A DNA stretch of 31,340 bases from Candidatus Zixiibacteriota bacterium (GTDB lineage: Bacteria > Zixibacteria > MSB-5A5 > GN15 > JAAZOE01): positions 1 to 31,340 of the forward strand of contig JBDREQ010000051.1 in NCBI GenBank assembly GCA_043819555.1, given 5' to 3'. The notes below the pieces were generated by a model. It was not told the DNA's origin. It searched no databases and saw nothing but the letters and a program-made list of their open reading frames with translations. Made by a program: the position numbers and the translations under genes. Positions 17,291 to 24,392 of the stretch are shown one piece after another (the stretch's first letter is position 1; each line of letters starts with the position of its first letter).

Positions 17291-17854
17291 ATGATACTAA
17301 AAAGAATTATAGAGGATGTCCGAGCAATCAGCCGCAATGATCCGGCTTCAAAAAATATCGAGTTTCTTCTTTATCCCGGTTTTCACGCGATATTTTTTCA
17401 TCGCTTTATTCACGTGATGTATAATCTAAAAATTCCATTCATTCCTCGTTTGTTTTCTCAAATAAGCCGCTTTTTGACAGGGGTTGAAATCCATCCCGGC
17501 GCCACCATCGGGAGCGGACTATTTATCGATCATGGAGCCGGTGTCGTCATCGGCGAAACGGCCAGAATCGGCGATCATTGTGTTCTCTTCCACAATGTTA
17601 CGTTAGGAGGGACTGGAAAACATGAAGGCAAGCGTCATCCTACTGTTGGCAATAACGTCTTTATCGGAACCGGAGCGACTATTCTGGGACCTTTGACCAT
17701 AGGAAACAATGTCAGTATCGGAGCGAATTGTTTTTTGTATATGGTTGATATTCCGGACAACTGCACTGTTGTCGGCACGCCTGGAGTAATCGTCCGCAAA
17801 GACGGCCAGAAAGTCCACCTCAAACCCCAACCGACAAAATATACCGATAATTAA
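17291..17854 (+). CDS. cysE: Serine O-acetyltransferase (short form)
   Basis: DPA......YPGFHA, RFLTGVEIHPGA, FIDHGAGVVIGETA, VTLGGTGK..GKRHP hexapeptide repeats. Confidence 0.96.
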   Translation: MILKRIIEDVRAISRNDPASKNIEFLLYPGFHAIFFHRFIHVMYNLKIPFIPRLFSQISRFLTGVEIHPGATIGSGLFIDHGAGVVIGETARIGDHCVLFHNVTLGGTGKHEGKRHPTVGNNVFIGTGATILGPLTIGNNVSIGANCFLYMVDIPDNCTVVGTPGVIVRKDGQKVHLKPQPTKYTDN

Positions 17855-17905
17855 AAAAGCTGTTTCGCCTTTATAATCCAATTCTCCAAATTCCATAAAT
17901 TCTAA

Positions 17906-17927
17906 TTTGCAGGTCGAAACCCTTGTG
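17906..17927 (+). repeat. Truncated copy of the GTAG-type REP at 20845-20874 (22-bp direct repeat, 1 mismatch)
   Basis: TTTGCAGGTCGAAACCCTTGTG vs TTTGTAGGTCGAAACCCTTGTG at 20845-20866. Confidence 0.85.
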
Positions 17928-18077
17928 TTCTCCAAGGTATAAAATAGTAATGTGTTGACATACAACAATATACGATTCAAAGTAATGAATGGCAACAAAT
18001 TCCCATTTTTATTTGTTTGTATTTGGTTTTGTTTGTTTTTGTATGTTTTGATGTAAGGTTGGCACAAATAAGGCACA

Positions 18078-18109
18078 AAATGAAAAGGGCTTCAAATGAA
18101 GCCCCTTTC
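18078..18109 (-). terminator. Intrinsic terminator downstream of the Cys-rich gene
   Basis: GGGCTTCA/TGAAGCCC stem; on the minus strand it is followed by TTTTCATTTT. Confidence 0.65.
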
Positions 18110-18190
18110 TATTCATCCAATGAAGTATTTTCTGGTTGTCAGCTTTACTAACATCTCTCACTCTTCTTTGTTCCCGAAAAGATAATATCC

Positions 18191-20071
18191 CTACTCACAC
18201 CCCGCGCACGGTGCCGGGCCGCCTTTGAAGATGTGATTGATAATATAAACTGCATCTCCGACATTGCATTGGCTGTCGCAGTTGGAATCGCAGGCTTCAA
18301 TTGGGTCGGGGGCAGGGCCGCCCTTGAATACATGATTGATGATAAATACCGCATCGCCAACATTATTCCGGGTATCGGAGTTGGCATCGCCGCAAATGTA
18401 TTGGCAACCATCTCCAAGGCAAACCGTGCCAATACCCTGGGGTTCTCCAGCTCGCTCCAGGCAACAAAATGGGTTAAAATCAAAACAAGAACCATCAGGA
18501 AAACAACAAGCTTCTGGTTCGGAGCAGATTGTTTCGAAACCCTTCGGAGTGCCACCGCGCGATTCACATTCGGCGGGCAAAACTCTTATACAGGAGCCAT
18601 CTGGTAAACAACATGCTTCAGAGCCATCTTCACAGTAATCATCAATTGAATTATCATTAATATCTCCAGCGCAGACTGATCCAAGCGCACCTGGAATATT
18701 GTCACTTATTATACAGCTAAGGAAATTATATAAATCTGTGGAATTGGCGCAGCTGCCATCATGTGCACAGCACGCCATTGGAGAGTAATCAACAACGGGT
18801 ACTCCATCGCATTGACACCCTTCGGGCAAAGTAAATGTCACAAACAATGATCTGGTTAATTCTACCATATCATCCACGCTGATTATGCAATCACCATTAA
18901 GGTCAGAATTGTTTATAACAGGAGGGGGGCCGAGACCGTTGAGAAAATTCAGGAGAAAAGATATATCTCCTATATCTACTATTCCGCTGCCATCTGCGTC
19001 TCCCGGCTGACAAAAACCTTCCTCACATACATCATCAATGCCATCATTGTTATTGTCGCCGAGACATTCTGCCTCCACTCCCTGGCGGTTACCATTAAGA
19101 GCTTCGCAGCATAATGGGTCTATCGTGGCGCATGTGCCATCAGGCATACAGCATGCTTCAGGAGATGTGCACTGGGTTCCATTGCCCTGTGGTTGACCGC
19201 CCTCCTGGCTTGTACAATTGGTTGGTTTCTCCATAACACAACTACCGTCCGTTAAGCAGCATGCCTCTGCCTCTTCACAAGGACATTCTGTTCCCGGGCC
19301 AAACGGCGTTCCGCCCTGTTCTATGCAGCATAAAGGTTGAAGATTTTCACACGAACCATCAGGAAAACAGCAGGATTCTAATTCTGAGCATTGAGTCCCG
19401 GCTCCCTGCGGAGTACCGCCCATGCCAACACATACATCTGCCAAAGCCAAAATGCAACTTACTCCAGCTGAGAGACAGCACACTCCAGGTTTTTCATCTT
19501 CACAGGCATCGTCTATTCCATTATCATTATTGTCACCCAAACAAAATGTCCCCGGATCACCAGGAGTGCCACCTTTTTCTAAGCAACAGAGTGGATCAAG
19601 ATCGGCGCAACGGCCATCGGGCAAACAGCAAGTATATCTAATTGAACAGCTGGTCCCCTCTCCCATCAGGGTTCCACCATAATAGAGGCAGATATATGCC
19701 AAATCCATGGTGCAAATTCCATCCGGGAGGCAGCAGGCTTCCAATTCGTCAGGTTCACACAGATCGTCCCAGCCATTGCCATTGTTATCACCGAGACAAA
19801 CTGAACCGGTACCATCAGGGATTCCCCCCAGAGAAATACAACAAAGCGGGTCAAGATTTGTGCATGATGCATCCTGAAAGCAGCATGCTTCAACTGCGGT
19901 ACAGGCTGACCCTTCTCCATGGGGAGTACCATTTTGATTAAGACATTCACTGGGAAATAACATCGTACAGCTTCCGTCTGGTAGACAACAAGCTTGAAAT
20001 AAAATCTCGCACACGTCATCAATGCCATTTCCATTGTTATCGCCAATACAGACGGAACCCAAATCGTGCAT
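18191..20071 (-). CDS. Cys-rich repeat protein with two dockerin-like domains; C-terminal part of a frameshift-split gene (18191-20820)
   Basis: 11 xCCxxDGxC repeat units, GDNNxNGIDDxC loops, and dockerin-like GDADGSG.VDIGD and GDANSD..NVGDAV..IN..FKGGPAP. No signal peptide of its own, and it begins in the middle of a repeat. Confidence 0.85.
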   Translation of the reverse strand: MHDLGSVCIGDNNGNGIDDVCEILFQACCLPDGSCTMLFPSECLNQNGTPHGEGSACTAVEACCFQDASCTNLDPLCCISLGGIPDGTGSVCLGDNNGNGWDDLCEPDELEACCLPDGICTMDLAYICLYYGGTLMGEGTSCSIRYTCCLPDGRCADLDPLCCLEKGGTPGDPGTFCLGDNNDNGIDDACEDEKPGVCCLSAGVSCILALADVCVGMGGTPQGAGTQCSELESCCFPDGSCENLQPLCCIEQGGTPFGPGTECPCEEAEACCLTDGSCVMEKPTNCTSQEGGQPQGNGTQCTSPEACCMPDGTCATIDPLCCEALNGNRQGVEAECLGDNNNDGIDDVCEEGFCQPGDADGSGIVDIGDISFLLNFLNGLGPPPVINNSDLNGDCIISVDDMVELTRSLFVTFTLPEGCQCDGVPVVDYSPMACCAHDGSCANSTDLYNFLSCIISDNIPGALGSVCAGDINDNSIDDYCEDGSEACCLPDGSCIRVLPAECESRGGTPKGFETICSEPEACCFPDGSCFDFNPFCCLERAGEPQGIGTVCLGDGCQYICGDANSDTRNNVGDAVFIINHVFKGGPAPDPIEACDSNCDSQCNVGDAVYIINHIFKGGPAPCAGCE

Positions 20072-20082
20072 ACTGGCACCAT

Positions 20083-20820
20083 CTAGAAAATAGCTAAAGA
20101 AATAATCTCACTTATATCAGTACAGTTACCATCTGAGAGACAGACGGCCATAGTCGAGAATACCACTTCCGGATTATCGCACATACAGCCAACAGGTTGC
20201 GGACCGCCCCGAAAAATGATATTCAAAAAATATACGACATCGGTATTATCTATATAGCAATCGCCATTGATATCGGAATTAACCAGAATAGGCGCAGGCC
20301 CTGGGTCATTGAGGTATTCATACAAATAAATAGCATCCCCTATATTAACAGAACCATTCCCGTTAACATCTCCCGCCAGACAACTATCAATTTCGAGTAA
20401 AAAGTGAGAATTGGCACCGCAGACTCCATCTCCGCTATACCAATTTCCTCCGCTTGCTGAGGTAGTGTACATATAGCTATCCAAATATTCGGGTTCATTC
20501 ACAGACCAGTTTTCAAAATCAAAAGCTTCACCGGTTACCCACTCCCAAGGTCCCTCCGGATATATATGCATACCACCAAGAAAACAGTAATCGGAATTGG
20601 CCGCGCTGAGAATTCCTGAAACTCTATCGCTTTCTTCTTGCGTAGTAATTGTCGCAAGGTATCCACCCATTGATGTTGCTAAATTATCCGCCTGTCCCCA
20701 GTTGGAATTTTCGGGAATGGGGATTAACTGATAGTGATGTGAACTACTACTGCTTGTTTCCTGAGAATAGACTGGAAAGCAAATAAAAAAACAGGATATG
20801 AATACAAAAATCGTCCGCAT
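20083..20820 (-). CDS. Secreted C-type lectin domain + dockerin-like domain; N-terminal part of a frameshift-split gene
   Basis: Signal peptide (MRTIFVFISCFFICFPVYS-Q), CTLD motifs (W..A...A..MGGYLATITT.EE, W.WVTGE...F.NW...EP), GDVNGNGSVNIGD...DINGD; ends inside the first Cys repeat. Confidence 0.85.
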   Translation of the reverse strand: MRTIFVFISCFFICFPVYSQETSSSSSHHYQLIPIPENSNWGQADNLATSMGGYLATITTQEESDRVSGILSAANSDYCFLGGMHIYPEGPWEWVTGEAFDFENWSVNEPEYLDSYMYTTSASGGNWYSGDGVCGANSHFLLEIDSCLAGDVNGNGSVNIGDAIYLYEYLNDPGPAPILVNSDINGDCYIDNTDVVYFLNIIFRGGPQPVGCMCDNPEVVFSTMAVCLSDGNCTDISEIISLAIF

Positions 20821-20847
20821 AGAACCCCCGAAAGAAAATCGAAGTTT

Positions 20848-20874
20848 GTAGGTCGAAACCCTTGTGGTTTCGAC
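20848..20874 (+). repeat. GTAG-tagged REP-like palindrome
   Basis: GTAG + GTCGAAACC-CTTGT-GGTTTCGAC (perfect 9-bp stem), intergenic, 10 nt from the symporter stop codon. Confidence 0.8.
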
Positions 20875-20884
20875 AATAAAATAG

Positions 20885-22261
20885 CTACTTCACATCAGGA
20901 TACATATCAGTCGATTTGCCATTCGCCTTGTCATTCATTCTCTTAAAATAATCTTTCGTGGCGCGGACGACGGCGGGGGATAGCAGCAGTGTTCCTATCA
21001 ATGTCGGGATGGCCATCATCGCAAAAGCCGTATCGAGCATATTAATAACCGTATCCTGTGCCCATATCGCCGCGAAGAACAAGCTGAAGATATAGACATA
21101 GACATAATAATTTCCGAATTTATACCCGAACAGATACCGCGAACATTTCAGGCTGTAATATGAATAAGAAATCATCGTCGAAATCGAAAACAGAATGATA
21201 ACAACCGTCATAACGTATCGGCCGAAATTCGGCATTGCTTTCTCAAAGGCGTTAACTGTCATCACCACGCCGTCATCGGTAACCGGAACGCCGGATGATA
21301 AAATGACCAAAGCCGTCAGAGTACAGACAATATTGGTATCGAGAAACGGACCGAGCATTGCAATCAGACCCTCACGAACCGGCTCTTTGGTCTTAGCTGC
21401 GCCGTGCGCCATCGGAGCCGTTCCGATACCGGCTTCATTGGAAAACGCCGCGCGTTTGATGCCTGTTACCAAAACTTCACGAAAGGCAACGGCCGTTCCG
21501 CCGCCGATCAATGCTTTCCCGCCGAACGCAGAAGTGAAGATCGACGCGATAATATCGGGAACCATTGAGGCATTACTCAGGACAACAAACAGGGACGAGA
21601 CAACATATAGGATAAACATCGCCGGAACGACTTTACTGGTAACTTTTCCCACTCGAACAATCCCGCCCAATATAACAATACCAACGATGGCCGAACATAT
21701 TATCCCGGTTGCATAGCGGGAAAATCCCCAGTCGGCATAAAGCAGTCCCGACAATTGATTGGTCTGGAACATGGCAAGGCAGCCGATCATCCCGAAAAGC
21801 GCGAACATAATCGCCAGCGGTTTGAAGAATTTACCAAGGCCGACTTCGATAAAGTACATCGGCCCGCCCTGATCGATGCCTCGCTCGTCTTTCTTGCGAT
21901 ACAGGCAAGCGAGAGTGCATGTAAAATACTTCGTTGACATACCGACGATACCGGCCACCCACATCCAGAAAATCGCTCCCGGCCCGCCCAGCGTGACGGC
22001 GATAGCGACTCCCGCGATATTTCCCATACCAATTGTTGCCGAAAGAGCCGATGACAATGCCTGGAAATGCGAAATCTCTCCGGGATCGTCAGGATTGTCG
22101 TATTTCCCGCGCAGGATATTTATGGCATGTTTAAGGCGCCGAAACGGCATAAACCGTCCCATCAGCGTAAATAATATTCCGGCGGAAACTAACAGGATTA
22201 CAAGGGGAAGACCCCAGGCGATATCTACGGCGTCAAGCCAGAAGGCATCAAATGATTCCAA
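20885..22261 (-). CDS. Sodium:alanine/glycine symporter (AGCS family)
   Basis: FQAL..AL.ATIG.GNIAGVA, GGPGAIFWMW, GGPMY, FSNEAG.G.AP.AH, DT..VCT.TA; TTG start with GGAG RBS. Confidence 0.96.
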   Translation of the reverse strand: MESFDAFWLDAVDIAWGLPLVILLVSAGILFTLMGRFMPFRRLKHAINILRGKYDNPDDPGEISHFQALSSALSATIGMGNIAGVAIAVTLGGPGAIFWMWVAGIVGMSTKYFTCTLACLYRKKDERGIDQGGPMYFIEVGLGKFFKPLAIMFALFGMIGCLAMFQTNQLSGLLYADWGFSRYATGIICSAIVGIVILGGIVRVGKVTSKVVPAMFILYVVSSLFVVLSNASMVPDIIASIFTSAFGGKALIGGGTAVAFREVLVTGIKRAAFSNEAGIGTAPMAHGAAKTKEPVREGLIAMLGPFLDTNIVCTLTALVILSSGVPVTDDGVVMTVNAFEKAMPNFGRYVMTVVIILFSISTMISYSYYSLKCSRYLFGYKFGNYYVYVYIFSLFFAAIWAQDTVINMLDTAFAMMAIPTLIGTLLLSPAVVRATKDYFKRMNDKANGKSTDMYPDVK

Positions 22262-22441
22262 ATAAAATCTCCGGTGTAAGTAAAAACTAAAATCGCGTTC
22301 AATATTTCGTTCAATATAATCGTCTGAGTCACAGGCGCAACAGAAAACAGGAACGAAAAATCCAATTTCGAAATGATTTTATAATTTCATTTTCTGATTT
22401 CTTTATTTAGGTTAAGTCGCGGATTTTTATGACAGGATGAT

Positions 22442-24370
22442 ATGGAAACAGCAATGCGAAAACTATTTTTAATTTTGTTATTGATGCTGCTTATTGTATG
22501 TCCGTCGGTACGGGCTGAATCTTCAAATAAAATCACGCCATTATTAAAATCACGGATAACACATGCCAACTCCGATTCTACCATCAAAGTATGGATTTAT
22601 TTTACGGATAAAGATACTTCGCCGGATAGTTTTCAAAGGGCAGCCAATGAAATATCCCAACATACTCAAATTCGCCGCGCCCATATTGCCTTTGATGAAC
22701 ATGATTTACCGATAAAGCAGTCCTATGTCGACAGCATCATAAATATAGGCGCCGATAATATTCATCAATCAAAATGGTTGAATGCCGTTTCGGCAAATAT
22801 CAAATCATCCGAAATCATATACCTCGCGCAATGCGAATTCGTTCGCAAAATTGACATCGTCAAAATTCTGCGCCGCGAATTACCGAGCGAGCGGAAAATT
22901 AGTGAGCAGCCAATGATGGTCGATAGCCTTGATTATGGCCTGTCATATGCTCAAAATCATCTGCTCGGCGTTGATTCGGCCCATGCTCTCGGACTCGACG
23001 GCGAAGGCGTTTTAATCGCACTAATTGATTCCGGGTTCAAATTTGGCCATCCGGCCCTGGATTCAATCATCGTTATTGATTCTTATGATTTCATAAACAA
23101 TGATACATCCGTCGATGACGATTTTCCCACCTCGAATCAGATTTCACATGGAACCAAAGTCCTGTCCGTAATCGGGGGATATATGCCGGGTACTCTAATC
23201 GGTCCCGCGCCCGGAGCTCAGTACCTGCTCTATAAAACCGAAATCATCGATACCGAGATCGTCCTCGAAGAGGATCTCTGGGTAATGGCCGCCGAACGGG
23301 CCTCAGATATGGGGGCCGATATTATATCATCGTCTCTCGGATATTCCGATTTCGACGATACGACCTATACTTATGACGCTTTTGACGGTAATACTACCGT
23401 TACTACGATCGCCGCCGATATTGCCGCTTCGCGAGGGATACTGGTCATTGTCTCGGCGGGCAATGAGGGCAATAAACCATGGCATTTTATAACCGCGCCC
23501 GCCGATGGTGATTCTGTCCTGGCAATAGGAGCCGTTGATCCCGATTTGACGCCGTCCGATTTTACTTCATACGGCCCAACTTTTGACGGCCGCGTCAAAC
23601 CGGAACTGGCCGCATTAGGAACGATGGTTGTCGGGGTCAATATCATTGGGACCGGTATAACTTTTTATTCGGGAACTTCGTTTGCCGCTCCCCAGGTTGC
23701 GGGAATAGCGGCTTTAGTCCTTCAGGCCAATCCGCATTTGAGAGGTGATCCCGAACAAATCAGGCAACGCCTGATCGAATCCGGACATACTTTCCCCAAT
23801 TTTGATTTAGTCTATCGTCTCGGTTACGGTACTCCCAATGTTATTGAAGCCGCCAAAACTCTCCGCATCCGGCCGCTTCCGATAATATACCTGTCAGTGG
23901 GTCGGGACACGACCGTTAAGATACGGGCAGATAAACTCGAAGGTATGACCGTAACTCTGGAAATCGAAAATCTTCCTCCGGAATTTGGCCTGATAGACAA
24001 TGGCAATGGCACGGCGATACTTAATATTATAGGTTTGTCCGATCGAATTGGCGCTCACACATATACTATTATCGCTCGCGAACAGACCGGATTAGTTGAC
24101 CTGCAGGAATTGATCATATTAACGGTGGAAGCCGATTCGCCTTTTGTCGTCGGCCCCAATCCGTTTACCGATTACCTGGTTATAAATTCCGCGATTGTTT
24201 TTGAACAAGGTTACAATATCCAGGTATTTTCTCTTGACGGGGAGATGATTTTAGAGAAAAATATCCATGATAATCAATTTGTCTGGTATGGACAAAATCA
24301 GCAAAATCAAAATATAGCTTCCGGGGTTTATTTTATTCGAATTACTGCCGATGGTATAGAAAAAAGATAA
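22442..24370 (+). CDS. Secreted S8 (subtilisin-like) serine peptidase with Ig-like and FlgD/T9SS-type C-terminal domain
   Basis: Signal peptide, propeptide, triad DSG / HGT / GTSFAAP, oxyanion SAGN, and C-terminal PNPF...W.G......ASGVYF. The last strand is truncated at an A6 run. Confidence 0.93.
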   Translation: METAMRKLFLILLLMLLIVCPSVRAESSNKITPLLKSRITHANSDSTIKVWIYFTDKDTSPDSFQRAANEISQHTQIRRAHIAFDEHDLPIKQSYVDSIINIGADNIHQSKWLNAVSANIKSSEIIYLAQCEFVRKIDIVKILRRELPSERKISEQPMMVDSLDYGLSYAQNHLLGVDSAHALGLDGEGVLIALIDSGFKFGHPALDSIIVIDSYDFINNDTSVDDDFPTSNQISHGTKVLSVIGGYMPGTLIGPAPGAQYLLYKTEIIDTEIVLEEDLWVMAAERASDMGADIISSSLGYSDFDDTTYTYDAFDGNTTVTTIAADIAASRGILVIVSAGNEGNKPWHFITAPADGDSVLAIGAVDPDLTPSDFTSYGPTFDGRVKPELAALGTMVVGVNIIGTGITFYSGTSFAAPQVAGIAALVLQANPHLRGDPEQIRQRLIESGHTFPNFDLVYRLGYGTPNVIEAAKTLRIRPLPIIYLSVGRDTTVKIRADKLEGMTVTLEIENLPPEFGLIDNGNGTAILNIIGLSDRIGAHTYTIIAREQTGLVDLQELIILTVEADSPFVVGPNPFTDYLVINSAIVFEQGYNIQVFSLDGEMILEKNIHDNQFVWYGQNQQNQNIASGVYFIRITADGIEKR

Positions 24371-24392
24371 AAGTCTTTAAGTTTTAGAAAAG

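Noticed and set aside
17603..18076. 157-aa minus-strand ORF and the many other short ORFs overlapping called genes
   Set aside because: They are antisense or alternate-frame shadows of well-supported genes with no recognisable motifs; this one begins in a low-complexity tract.
19666..20085. Amber read-through (pyrrolysine) from the lectin ORF into the in-frame 138-aa ORF, or selenocysteine at TGA 20110
   Set aside because: The in-frame continuation loses the repeat pattern. The correct continuation is in the -1 frame, which has another TGA at 20119 upstream.
18191..20820. Diversity-generating retroelement target (lectin fold plus repeats)
   Set aside because: No reverse transcriptase and no template/variable pair differing only at adenines; the repeats are diverged protein-level repeats and the lectin is N-terminal.
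22262..22441. Glycine riboswitch upstream of the AGCS symporter
   Set aside because: The characteristic GGAGA...GAAGG...CTCAGG aptamer pattern is not present on the minus strand.
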